Assembly: GCA_047610985.1 (NCBI GenBank)
Contig: JBLFWU010000010.1
Span: 6,502 to 70,501, forward strand
Direction: 5' to 3'
DNA from: Nitrospinales bacterium
GTDB taxonomy: Bacteria; Nitrospinota; Nitrospinia; Nitrospinales; VA-1
Length of the DNA stretch: 64,000 nt
Both the position numbers and the translations under genes were made by a program. The stretch's first letter is position 1. Every line of letters starts with the position of its first letter. The notes under the pieces are model-generated. The model ran no database searches, was not told the DNA's origin, and saw nothing but the letters and a program-made list of their open reading frames with translations. Below, piece by piece: positions 10,467 to 19,796 of the stretch.

Positions 10467-11762
10467 ATGAAGATTTCGGGAACACTCCGGAATCTCTTGT
10501 TGTTGGTAGTTCTTGCTGCTGGAATATCCTGGCTTTGGCAGGAAGGAAAACTCGCTCCGATCGAAAAAACGGTCAAGGCGATGATTTTTGGGAAACCTCC
10601 CACAAAACCCAAGGCAGAGGATTTCCAATTCAAACCGGTTACCCGGAAAGATGTTCATCAGAAAGTTTTAGCAACCGGTTCGGTGAGTCTCAAGACAGGT
10701 GCAGAGGTGAAGATTGGTGCGCGCATTTCTGGTCAGGTAAAAAGTCTTCAGGTGAAGATTGGTGACTTCATCCGCGCCGGCGAAATGATCGCCATAATCG
10801 AGCACGAAGATTTGATTTCGCGAGTAGCCCGGTTCCAGGCAGATCTTGATGCCGAAAGTGCAAGGCTCGATAAAATCCTTGCTGAGGGGCCGTTGCAAAT
10901 AAATAAGGCGAAAGCCGAACTCGAAGAATTACAGGTACAACTCAAACTGGCAGGGAAAACGCTGGAGAGAAATCTTGAGCTAAGTGAAAAAGGTTTCATC
11001 GCTGATACAGTGGTAGACGAAGCGGAGGAGCGCCTGGAAGTTTTAAATGCCAGGATCAATCTTGCCAATGAGGAGTTGAAACTCAAAAAAAGCCAGTTAG
11101 AAAATGACAGTCGACTGGCTCAGGCTATGGTTGACCGGGCCAGAGCCAACCTTGATATTGAAGATATTCAACTTACATACGCCACTATCACCGCTCCCAT
11201 AGATGGTGTTGTCGCCTTCGTGTCTACGCAAGAAGGCGAAACCGTAGTTGCCAGTATGAGTGCACCTACATTTATCACCTTGATCGATCTAAGAAAACTG
11301 GAAGTAACCGTTTTTGTCGATGAAACGGACATTGGGAGAATAAAAGTGGGACAAAATGCCTTGTTCACGGTGGATACCTATTCAGAAAAATTTTTCAAGG
11401 GAAAGGTCCGCGAAATTCATCCGAAAGCAGTTATCAAGGATAACGTGGTGAACTATGAAGTCATCCTCGATATTGAAAAAAAGAAAATTTTCAAATTGCG
11501 TCCAGAGATGACAGCCAATGTGGTAGCGACCACAGGCACGCGAAAGAATGTTTTAACGATACCCAAAGCGGCGGTTAAAAGAGAGGGTAAGAAAACTTAT
11601 ACAGTTATGCAGGTTGACGGTAAATTGGTAGATAGACCTATTGAATTAGGTTGGCGGGATGACAAAGTTATCGAAGTCGTTTCTGGTCTTGCTGATGGTG
11701 ATCAAGTCGGCATCCCGAACAAACCAATTACGAAAAAGAGAAGAGGGAGAAGGCCCCGGTGA
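10467..11762 (+). CDS. Efflux periplasmic adaptor (MacA-like membrane fusion protein)
   Basis: VKIGARISGQVKSL, long alpha-hairpin, ITAPIDGVV, VDETDIGRIKVGQ, LRPEMTANV. Confidence 0.92.
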   Translation: MKISGTLRNLLLLVVLAAGISWLWQEGKLAPIEKTVKAMIFGKPPTKPKAEDFQFKPVTRKDVHQKVLATGSVSLKTGAEVKIGARISGQVKSLQVKIGDFIRAGEMIAIIEHEDLISRVARFQADLDAESARLDKILAEGPLQINKAKAELEELQVQLKLAGKTLERNLELSEKGFIADTVVDEAEERLEVLNARINLANEELKLKKSQLENDSRLAQAMVDRARANLDIEDIQLTYATITAPIDGVVAFVSTQEGETVVASMSAPTFITLIDLRKLEVTVFVDETDIGRIKVGQNALFTVDTYSEKFFKGKVREIHPKAVIKDNVVNYEVILDIEKKKIFKLRPEMTANVVATTGTRKNVLTIPKAAVKREGKKTYTVMQVDGKLVDRPIELGWRDDKVIEVVSGLADGDQVGIPNKPITKKRRGRRPR

Positions 11763-12466
11763 GTCTCCTTGAAATGAATTCGATTTGCAAAAGTTACCGC
11801 AATATTGGCTTTGAGACCCAAGTTTTAAAAAATATCACGCTTCATATCAATGAGGGTGACTATGTAAGTATCATTGGTCCTTCCGGTGCAGGCAAGAGCA
11901 CACTCATGGCTATTGCCGGTTGCCTGTCGCAACCAACAAGCGGTGAGTACCTTCTCGATGGCGAAGAGGTGGGCAAGCTGAGCGACCGAAAACTTTCGCG
12001 CGTCCGAAACGAAAAAATTGGATTTGTGTTCCAGGCTTTTCACTTGCTGTCGGGAGTGACCGCATTGGACAATGTCATTCTTCCCCTCGTATATTCGAGG
12101 AACCCCCCATCGGATATAAAAGAACGCGCCCGCGAAGTTCTCGCCAAGGTAGGATTGGAGCATCGACTGAACCACACGCCTGGACAGCTCTCAGGAGGCG
12201 AACAGCAACGAGTAACCATTGCCCGGTCTCTGATTAATAACCCACCCATCATTTTTGCGGATGAACCCACGGGAAACCTTGATTCCAAAAATGGAATCGA
12301 AACGATGAAGACTTTCGACAAGCTGGTGAAGGAAGGAAAAACCATAGTTCTTATCACCCATGACTCGGAAGTGGCCGAACATGCCGATCGTATTATTTCT
12401 ATCCTCGATGGAGAGATAGCTTCTGATACAAAACGGAAACCTTCCAGTTTACCGGGAAACCTCTAA
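11759..12466 (+). CDS. ABC transporter ATP-binding protein (MacB/LolD family)
   Basis: Walker A GPSGAGKST, LSGGEQQR, ADEPTGNLD; overlaps the upstream stop. Confidence 0.95.
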   Translation: MSLLEMNSICKSYRNIGFETQVLKNITLHINEGDYVSIIGPSGAGKSTLMAIAGCLSQPTSGEYLLDGEEVGKLSDRKLSRVRNEKIGFVFQAFHLLSGVTALDNVILPLVYSRNPPSDIKERAREVLAKVGLEHRLNHTPGQLSGGEQQRVTIARSLINNPPIIFADEPTGNLDSKNGIETMKTFDKLVKEGKTIVLITHDSEVAEHADRIISILDGEIASDTKRKPSSLPGNL

Positions 12467-13677
12467 TGAGGATCTTTAAGAATTTTAGGCAAGCTATAAG
12501 AGGGCTCAGGCTCAATCGTGGCAATACATTTTTGATGACGATTGGGGTTATGATCGGAATCGCATCTCTCACCGTTATTGTCTCTATAGGTTTTGGAATT
12601 AAAGTAAAAGTTTTAGATCGGATTGCGAACCTTGGGTTTGGGCCGGAATCTTTTTCTGTTATGGCTGGTGCCGGTAAAATGTTTTTTAGTCGATCTAAAA
12701 ATACCACCAGTATGTCGCTACAGGATGCGGAAGATCTCCTTGCACTACCCACAGTGCGACTTGTCGTTCCACGGCAGAGAAAGCGCATGCAGATCATTAA
12801 TAAAAAAGAATTTACCAATACCCGCGTTTATGGGGTAACCCCCGACTGGCAGCGCGCACGGGGGTGGCATGTCGCTGATGGAGTATTTTTATCGGATGCG
12901 GATTTGGATCGTAAAAGAAAGGTTGTGGTGCTCGGCGCAACGCCTGTACGAAAATTATTTAAAAATGCAGACCCCATCGGAAAAATGGTGCGGTTGCAAA
13001 ATAATTTTTATGAAGTGATAGGTTTGTTGCAGGAAAAAGGTTTGACGGAAAGTGGTTATGATCCCGATGATCGAGCTTTGATTCCTCTTACTACTTCAAT
13101 GGCTCGTTTGACGCGCGAAACCCATTTGCACAGCATCAAGGTTGTGACGCTGGATGCATCTCAGGTTCCTGAAACGATGGAAGCGGTGAAGCATGTTTTA
13201 CGGCGTAACCATAGTCTTTCGATTCTCTCTGAAGATGATTTTCGATTTGTAACGCCTGAGGGAATTATGGAGTGGGTGACGGAGTCGGCACAGGCGATGA
13301 ACCGAATGTTGATCCTGATATCCACTGTTTCGCTTTTGGTAGGGGGAGTTGTGATTATGAACATCTTGTTGGTTTCCATCCGCGAACGGGTACGTGAAAT
13401 TGGAATTCGCCGTTGTTTTGGCGCAAGGAAATCCGATATCACTTTGCAGTTTTTATTCGAGTCGGTTCTAGTTTCATTACTTGGAGGGATTCTGGGTATA
13501 GGGTTGGGATTGAGTATCTCTTTTGGGTTACAACGGTTCGACATTATACCTACCCAAGTTACCTGGGAACCTTTTGTGCTTTCGTTTGTATTCTGTACAT
13601 TAATTGGTTTGGTTTTTGGAATTCATCCTGCACGTAAAGCCGCTTTGATGAGTCCTGAAGAAGCAATTCGTTCCTGA
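12466..13677 (+). CDS. ABC transporter permease (MacB/FtsX family)
   Basis: LMTIGVMIGIAS, SLLVGGVVIMNILLVSIRERVREIGIR. Confidence 0.93.
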   Translation: MRIFKNFRQAIRGLRLNRGNTFLMTIGVMIGIASLTVIVSIGFGIKVKVLDRIANLGFGPESFSVMAGAGKMFFSRSKNTTSMSLQDAEDLLALPTVRLVVPRQRKRMQIINKKEFTNTRVYGVTPDWQRARGWHVADGVFLSDADLDRKRKVVVLGATPVRKLFKNADPIGKMVRLQNNFYEVIGLLQEKGLTESGYDPDDRALIPLTTSMARLTRETHLHSIKVVTLDASQVPETMEAVKHVLRRNHSLSILSEDDFRFVTPEGIMEWVTESAQAMNRMLILISTVSLLVGGVVIMNILLVSIRERVREIGIRRCFGARKSDITLQFLFESVLVSLLGGILGIGLGLSISFGLQRFDIIPTQVTWEPFVLSFVFCTLIGLVFGIHPARKAALMSPEEAIRS

Positions 13678-13685
13678 GTATTGTC

Positions 13686-14906
13686 ATGAACCTCTTTTCT
13701 TCATTTGCAATTGCCGTCACCGCACTCCTTGCACATAAAACTCGAACGTTTTTGGCCTCATTGGGAATGTTGATTGGTATCGCTTCTGTCATTGTTATGG
13801 TGGCTATCGGTAAAGGCTCACAGCAGGAGGTGATGGACGTTATAGCGGGGATGGGTGAGAATATGGTTACTATCACCGCTGGAGAAATGAAGCGCCGTGG
13901 CGGTAGACTGCGGCTGTCAGGGAACGTCACTACTCTTTCGCCGCGTGATGCCGAACGAATTGCAAATGAAATTGAAGAAGTAGAATTGGTAGCACCTTTT
14001 GAAGAAAAACGCATGAACGCGAAGTTTGGTAGCAACGCCGCCGAAACTACTATCATGGGTTCGACGCTCGATTTCCCATTGATACGAGGGTATCGAATAG
14101 AAAAAGGAGAGATGTTCTCTGAAAGGGATTTAAAAACGGCAAGTCGTGTTGCGATAATCGGAAAAACGGCTATTAAAAATCTATTTGGTGAGGAAGACCC
14201 GATTGGCCAAGTGGTTAAAGTTCATTTCATCCCTTTTAAAATTATTGGAGTGTTTGAGGCAAAAGGTGTTGATACAAACGGATTAGATCAGGATGATTTA
14301 ATCTTTATTCCCTTACCAACTTTGATGCGGCGTATTGTCAATCAGACCCACGTCAGCCGCATATTCGTGAAGATTTCCAGTCGGGACAATATCTTAAGAG
14401 CATCTGAAAAAATTAGTGAGCTGCTTCGTGAGAGTCACAAGTTAAATGATGAAAGGGAGGATGATTTTTCCTTGGTCAGTCAGCTGGATTTGGAAGATAT
14501 GAAACGCGAGACATCGGAGCTATTTACGAAGCTGATTGTTGGAGTGGCAGCCATTTCTCTTCTCGTCGGTGGGATAGGAATACTGGCTGTTATGTTGATT
14601 TCTGTTAAGGAGAGAACAAAGGAAATAGGAATAAGGAGAGCTGTAGGCGCAACCCGAAGTGATATTATCCGTCAGTTTTTATATGAGTCTCTCATAATAG
14701 GATTTTTGGGAGGTGGTATCGGCATCTCTCTCGGTGTCGGTTTAACCTTAGGCTTGACTCATTGGGGCGACTGGACCTTGTTGCTAGATCAAGATTCTAT
14801 TTGGACAGCAAGCTGGGTTTGCGCGCTGATCGGTGTTATCTTCGGCGTTTTCCCCGCGATCAAAGCCTCCAAACTCGACCCCATGGAAGCTTTAACGATA
14901 GAGTAA
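13686..14906 (+). CDS. ABC transporter permease (MacB/FtsX family), second paralog
   Basis: SLGMLIGIASVI, SLLVGGIGILAVMLISVKERTKEIGIRRAVGA, PAIKASKLDP. Confidence 0.93.
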   Translation: MNLFSSFAIAVTALLAHKTRTFLASLGMLIGIASVIVMVAIGKGSQQEVMDVIAGMGENMVTITAGEMKRRGGRLRLSGNVTTLSPRDAERIANEIEEVELVAPFEEKRMNAKFGSNAAETTIMGSTLDFPLIRGYRIEKGEMFSERDLKTASRVAIIGKTAIKNLFGEEDPIGQVVKVHFIPFKIIGVFEAKGVDTNGLDQDDLIFIPLPTLMRRIVNQTHVSRIFVKISSRDNILRASEKISELLRESHKLNDEREDDFSLVSQLDLEDMKRETSELFTKLIVGVAAISLLVGGIGILAVMLISVKERTKEIGIRRAVGATRSDIIRQFLYESLIIGFLGGGIGISLGVGLTLGLTHWGDWTLLLDQDSIWTASWVCALIGVIFGVFPAIKASKLDPMEALTIE

Positions 14907-15005
14907 TCAGACCACCGCTATTCGAAAAGCAATCCCCTCAGTTCCATCAAACAAAACGTATTCGATTGTTTGAGTTGTCAGGGGGAGGCGGTTAGTAGGT
15001 AAAAC

Positions 15006-15046
15006 AAAAAAGGGGCTCGCCCCCTTGACAGTGGACGAACCCCTTT
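15006..15046 (-). terminator. Intrinsic terminator downstream of the PuuD-like gene
   Basis: Minus strand AAAGGGGTTCGTCC...GGGCGAGCCCCTTTTTT, a GC stem followed by a U tract. Confidence 0.7.
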
Positions 15047-15124
15047 GAAAAAAACTATTTCCAGAAGCGCAATGGCAATCGTTCGCTCATAAACGCACCG
15101 GCCTACTACCAGCGGAGGTATCCG

Positions 15125-15589
15125 CTAGAACATGATGCCGCCGTGGTTGGCAGCGATCATACCGATCAGCATGGGGATGGAGAGCCATGCGTTGGTACGG
15201 CTGGCAAGAAACGCATTTCTTTTTGCTTTGGCTAGAGCATCACCTTCGAGTTCGCCGGCAATGATTTTTTTCTGGTTCGGCCAGATGATGAACCAGACGT
15301 TACCCGCCATAATGATGCCGAGCAACATACCGATCATGATTTCACCACTGGGGATTCCCTGTACTACTCCACGCCCGGCCATGTAATAGGCGATTCCGGT
15401 GATAACCGTCCACAATGCGGCATGACGGAAAAGGAATAGAGCTTTTGGCAGAATGATTTGCGTATAAGGTTTTGCCGCGCCTGCGTCAACCATTTTAGGC
15501 ATGGACTGCACTTGAACCAGATTGAAGAAATATAACAAGCCTATCCACAAAATTCCGACGATCACATGAAAAAATTCATATACCCACAT
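15125..15589 (-). CDS. Urate_ox_N / PuuD-like 4-TM membrane protein with no cytochrome c domain
   Basis: HVIVGILWIGLLYFFN, IMAGNVWFIIWPNQKK, ASRTN motifs characteristic of this family. Confidence 0.8.
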   Translation of the reverse strand: MWVYEFFHVIVGILWIGLLYFFNLVQVQSMPKMVDAGAAKPYTQIILPKALFLFRHAALWTVITGIAYYMAGRGVVQGIPSGEIMIGMLLGIIMAGNVWFIIWPNQKKIIAGELEGDALAKAKRNAFLASRTNAWLSIPMLIGMIAANHGGIMF

Positions 15590-15784
15590 TTGGTTTTCCT
15601 CTCAATACATTGGTTTATATTTCTCGGGTCACAACTATCCGGTTCCCCATTAGGGAGTATTTTTATTGGATGGGAAAATAGAGAATAAAGATTCAACTAT
15701 TTCTACACTTATGCGGAATTCTAGCAGAAAAACATCAAAAACTCCATCGGGCCACGCCCGATAGTAATAGATCGGGGCAATTCT

Positions 15785-15800
15785 TGCATGACTATTGCCA
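15785..15800 (-). promoter_or_regulatory. Candidate sigma54 (-24/-12) promoter for the PuuD-like gene
   Basis: Minus strand TGGCAA-TAGTC-ATGCA against consensus TGGCAC-N5-TTGCW, with exact GG-N10-GC spacing, about 195 bp upstream of the ATG. Confidence 0.45.
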
Positions 15801-15907
15801 CCAAGCTTCTGGAGTTAGTTTTTTGTTATAAATTGTAAATACCCATTGGGCTACATCTCCTAGTCCATATATTGCAGAAGAATGAGAGTCCAGCGTCACG
15901 CTGGCTA

Positions 15908-16234
15908 TTAGTTGCGAAAAAGGAAGAATAGAGCCGAAAATAGCGAAAGGGCAATAAGGAAAGGGATTAATTCATTCTTTTTTATGACATGGGTTTCGGA
16001 CTGGATATCGGGAGCCTCGCTGCTCAAAGCATTGATCCTTTTATGGAGTTGGCGGTTTTTTTCTTGCAGGTTTTCCTTTTGTTCTTTTAGCTTTTCGATT
16101 TCGTCTTTCAACCGCAGGCGATCAACTTTGAGTGATTTCGACTTTTCAATTTCTCGCTGCAGGGTTTCTTCGGGGCCGAGTGTTAGGCCATTGTCCTCCA
16201 ACGGTTCTTCCCATCTTTTATCATCATCGTTCAT
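15908..16234 (-). CDS. Hypothetical coiled-coil protein with C-terminal TM anchor
   Basis: Heptad-rich middle region, hydrophobic C-terminus LIPFLIALSLFSALFFLF. Confidence 0.7.
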   Translation of the reverse strand: MNDDDKRWEEPLEDNGLTLGPEETLQREIEKSKSLKVDRLRLKDEIEKLKEQKENLQEKNRQLHKRINALSSEAPDIQSETHVIKKNELIPFLIALSLFSALFFLFRN

Positions 16235-16279
16235 GATTCAATAATAAGTGTTTATGGGGAATGGGGGAAGGAAGAAATT

Positions 16280-17227
16280 TCAATCACTAGCTTTAACATC
16301 GGAAAAAACGTTACTGGCTTCGGTCAAACGGGCCAGATGTTCCTGACTTAATTCCAGGTCACCGGCCGGGGCAAACTCTTCTACCTGTTCGGATTTTCGG
16401 GAGCCAACAATGGCTGTGAAAATATTTTCTTGTTTGAGAACCCAGGCAACAGCAACCTCGATAGGATTACAGCCCAACTCGTTGGCTATGATGCGAACGG
16501 TTTCCCAAACTTCTTTTGCTTTTGCAAAGGTAGAAGGTTGGAAAAGGTGGTGCATTTTTCGTGTTGGCATTTCAAGATCTTCTTCCTTCATGGGGCGGGC
16601 TAGAAGCCCTTGTGCAGTAGGCGAAAAGGCCATGTACGGCATGTCGCTTTTCTTGCAAAGGGATAATGTTTCTCCTTCATAATCACGATCTAACAAGCTG
16701 TACGGAACTTCGTTGAGGGAGAATTCTTTGGTGGTGTTACCAAGTAGTTTGATGTCACCTGCTTTAAAATTCGAAAGGCCGATGGTAGATGCTTTGCCGC
16801 TTTGCTTGAGAGCTAGCATATGTTCGGCGAGGAGGTTACTTTTTTCAGGACTGTTAAAATAATTTCCCGGCCAGTGTATCAGGTAGAGATCAACATAATT
16901 TCTACCTAAAGCTTTAAGGGAATCGTCGAGGGCTTTCTGATAGTCTTTGAGTGTTTGATCAGCTTCGGGCCAGATTTTTGAAATGATGATTGCCGAATCT
17001 TTTTTCGACCCTAATGCTTTACCGAGACGGCGTTCTGATTCTCCATCTCCGTAACCTTCGGCGGTATCGAATGCGGTGATTCCCTGATCAAGCGCTACAC
17101 GCACCACATTTTCTGCCTCTTTTTTCGTGCAAATATCTCCCCACCCACCGCTGGGTGCAATTTGCCAACAGCCCAAGGTGATTCGGCTCCAGTCTTTTTC
17201 GATGCCTTTAATGCGACTGTACTTCAT
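16280..17227 (-). CDS. Aldo/keto reductase
   Basis: FDTAEGYGDGESE, YVDLYLIHWP, IGLSNF, SPTAQGLL. Confidence 0.93.
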   Translation of the reverse strand: MKYSRIKGIEKDWSRITLGCWQIAPSGGWGDICTKKEAENVVRVALDQGITAFDTAEGYGDGESERRLGKALGSKKDSAIIISKIWPEADQTLKDYQKALDDSLKALGRNYVDLYLIHWPGNYFNSPEKSNLLAEHMLALKQSGKASTIGLSNFKAGDIKLLGNTTKEFSLNEVPYSLLDRDYEGETLSLCKKSDMPYMAFSPTAQGLLARPMKEEDLEMPTRKMHHLFQPSTFAKAKEVWETVRIIANELGCNPIEVAVAWVLKQENIFTAIVGSRKSEQVEEFAPAGDLELSQEHLARLTEASNVFSDVKASD

Positions 17228-17237
17228 TTTTTATTCC

Positions 17238-17537
17238 TTACCACCTGAAATAGGTGAAATGGGTTTGGCTGGTGCCAGGTGATTTGTAGTGAAAAGAATC
17301 GTCTTTATCCAGTTTTAAGATTACATTTCGAAACCGCCAAAGTTTCCAGCCGATAGCAAGAACAGATGTACCCGCTAACAGAATCATTGCTGCAATGATG
17401 TAAGCGATCAATACCGGATAGGTAAAAATTATAATCGCGAGAAGAAATAGTAAGCCGCCTAGAAGAACGGTCGCCCAGGTGAGGGTGCGGTGGCCTCTTG
17501 CAAAAATATTGTCAGGAAAATTACTGTTGTAATACAT
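17238..17537 (-). CDS. Small two-TM membrane protein
   Basis: Two hydrophobic helices; strong RBS (AGGAGGTG) upstream. Confidence 0.75.
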   Translation of the reverse strand: MYYNSNFPDNIFARGHRTLTWATVLLGGLLFLLAIIIFTYPVLIAYIIAAMILLAGTSVLAIGWKLWRFRNVILKLDKDDSFHYKSPGTSQTHFTYFRW

Positions 17538-17673
17538 GGTTCACCTCCTGTTCCTTATAGATATATAAAATCCCTCTCTCCCTTTGTCAACCTTTACAAG
17601 GAAGTAAATTGCTCAGAGCTCTATAGGTAAATGAATGGCTAAAAATTTTTTAGAAATTGGCTTCTTTCAGATA

Positions 17674-18315
17674 TTAATTTTCTTTTTTTCGCTTTTTGGA
17701 TATTGTTTTGCCAGAGGAAATATTACGCAGGATTTTTTTAAAATCTTTTTTTTGCTGAGCAAGGGGGCGCATCCAGTTAGTAACACGTGGACTGGGGTGA
17801 TATAGGGGGAAGAGGATGAAGTTCGGCGTGGTGAGGGGTTGGGCAACATTTTCTTTGAGTTGATACCGGGTTTCTAAAATGAGGTTGAGTGCCTGTAGGC
17901 CAACGGAACCGAGTGTCACAACTATCTGCGGATTAATAAGGTTGAGAGTTTCTTTTAAAAATGGTGAGCAGTTTTTAATTTCACTCGCTTTCGGTCGTCG
18001 GTTATTTCCATTTTCGAGGGGGTTGCATAACGCGGCATTGGTGATAAACACTTCAGCTCGGGTCAGGCCAATATGCTTCAGAAGTATTTCGAAATTATCT
18101 CCTGACTTGTCGCCATGAAATGGGATTCCGGTACGGCCTGCTCCAAAACGGCCAGGGGCTTCTGCCACGAAAATGATTTTTGCATTTAAGTTGCCATTGG
18201 CGGAGCTTAATATTGCGGGTTGGTCAGCCAGAGCAGGGCAAAGACGGCATCCTGCTGCTTGTTTTTCTAGTCGCTTAAATTTTTTACGCGCTTGTTCAGG
18301 GGTTATCGGTGCCAT
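17674..18315 (-). CDS. Uracil-DNA glycosylase (family 4/5-like, Fe-S)
   Basis: CRLC, AEAPG, TNAALC, YHPSP. Start more likely MAPITPE at 18315 than the track start at 18351. Confidence 0.9.
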   Translation of the reverse strand: MAPITPEQARKKFKRLEKQAAGCRLCPALADQPAILSSANGNLNAKIIFVAEAPGRFGAGRTGIPFHGDKSGDNFEILLKHIGLTRAEVFITNAALCNPLENGNNRRPKASEIKNCSPFLKETLNLINPQIVVTLGSVGLQALNLILETRYQLKENVAQPLTTPNFILFPLYHPSPRVTNWMRPLAQQKKDFKKILRNISSGKTISKKRKKEN

Positions 18316-18418
18316 CGCTAGATTCTTCTTCATCGTCCTCTTCATCAACAACGCGGCAAACGACGAGAAAGCCGATGATCAAAACAACACTGGCAACAAG
18401 TGTGAACAGGATGTCCAT
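18296..18418 (-). CDS. Unannotated 40-aa single-TM protein with acidic tail
   Basis: MDILFTLVASVVLIIGFLVVCRVVDEEDDEEESSDGTDNP*. Its ATG overlaps the upstream stop (TAATG). Confidence 0.65.
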   Translation of the reverse strand: MDILFTLVASVVLIIGFLVVCRVVDEEDDEEESSDGTDNP

Positions 18419-18825
18419 TAGAAGGGTTTGATGGTGGCGAGATAAATCATGAAGGCACCTACGATGAAAATAGCGATATGAACCATCATTGCGTATTTTT
18501 TTGGAAGAACAGCTTCTTTAATCTGTTTTCCATTTTGAACACCTAACGCAATGAGAATCATCAGGAGCCCTATTTTCCAATGAAGCCATTTCCCTTCTGA
18601 GAAGGCCCCGGTTTTGACGGCGAGAACGACACCGGATATCAGAGTGACACCGAGTATTGGGTAATAAATGAATTTGTGTATTCGAGACTGGGTTTTTTCG
18701 AGTCCTTTTGCTTCTTCAGCTGATTTCAGGCGCAATCGAAAAACTACAGTGAGAGATTGTAGGAACAAGGTACCGATGACCAGGCACATTGAAATCATAT
18801 GAAGAGTAAGGAAAAAATTTTTCAT
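18418..18825 (-). CDS. Four-TM membrane protein (CopD/HemJ/DUF2269-like fold)
   Basis: LHMIS in TM1, WLHWKIGL in TM3, KPF C-terminus. Confidence 0.7.
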   Translation of the reverse strand: MKNFFLTLHMISMCLVIGTLFLQSLTVVFRLRLKSAEEAKGLEKTQSRIHKFIYYPILGVTLISGVVLAVKTGAFSEGKWLHWKIGLLMILIALGVQNGKQIKEAVLPKKYAMMVHIAIFIVGAFMIYLATIKPF

Positions 18826-18840
18826 TTTTAGGTTTGTTTC

Positions 18841-19293
18841 TTAAGAGTTTTTAGATTCGACGATTTCAGCATCCGAAAACCAGTAAATCCGGCTGGATAC
18901 AATTAATGCCATGCCTATACCGCAATAAATAGCGGCTATCACTATATAACCACCAAGATATTCGTTATAAGACCGAAGCAGTATTCCGAGTCCCATCATC
19001 ATTGGGATCAAAAAATAAAAAGGTTTGGAAAATATATCGAACAGACTTACGGGGTCTTCCAGGTTGTGAATGCGGGTTTTATTTCGGCGGGCCGTTTTGC
19101 TTAGAACAAATTTTCCTTTAACCAGACCGATCAAGCCTGCTACGATTCCGGAGATAGTGATTGCTATTTCTGTGGCATGTTGTTCCATTTCTGCGAGTTG
19201 GTATAAACCGAATCCACGGACAACAAGAAAAAGGCCTATGATGCACCAGAGCCCTCCTGCGATTGTAATGAGACGTTTTTTATTCAAGCTCAA
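18841..19293 (-). CDS. Hypothetical four-TM membrane protein
   Basis: Hydrophobic helices; AGGLW and MMGLGILLR motifs. Confidence 0.7.
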   Translation of the reverse strand: MSLNKKRLITIAGGLWCIIGLFLVVRGFGLYQLAEMEQHATEIAITISGIVAGLIGLVKGKFVLSKTARRNKTRIHNLEDPVSLFDIFSKPFYFLIPMMMGLGILLRSYNEYLGGYIVIAAIYCGIGMALIVSSRIYWFSDAEIVESKNS

Positions 19294-19361
19294 CTCCCAT
19301 GTAAGTTTAGGATAAGATGGCGTTAAAGGTCAAAAGGTTCATTTTATGGACCCAAGCTGCT

Positions 19362-19790
19362 CTATTTCAGCATCTCTCCCCGAACCAAACGAACGGTCAT
19401 GCGGCCGCTTTTGCTTTTATATAAGGGGCGAAATTCTTTATTTTTAAAATCAAACAAAGTGCCTTCTTGACCAGATTCCCCTTTTAGCCATACTGTAGCC
19501 TGCCCACCGGAAGGAAAAATCGGAAATAAATGAGTCTCTTTTCCATATTTATCCTGATTGGATACTTCTTCATCGTAGATAGTTACGATTTCCTCGTGGC
19601 TAGGCATTCTCCAGTCCTGTAAGCTACAGAACTTTAAACCATTAAAGTAGTGAACCAGATCCAACGCTTCATCCCATGTGAACCATTTTTCTTGCGTTTG
19701 CCAACCGTCTTCTTTCATCCACATCAATTGGGTTTTGGAATCGGTTATTGAGCCATCCTGATTATCAATGAATCTTTCTTTTACAGACAT
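19362..19790 (-). CDS. DUF1566 domain protein
   Basis: RFIDNQDGSITDSKTQLMW, TWDEA, DWRMPS, VRLVR. Confidence 0.85.
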   Translation of the reverse strand: MSVKERFIDNQDGSITDSKTQLMWMKEDGWQTQEKWFTWDEALDLVHYFNGLKFCSLQDWRMPSHEEIVTIYDEEVSNQDKYGKETHLFPIFPSGGQATVWLKGESGQEGTLFDFKNKEFRPLYKSKSGRMTVRLVRGEMLK

Positions 19791-19796
19791 AGTAGC

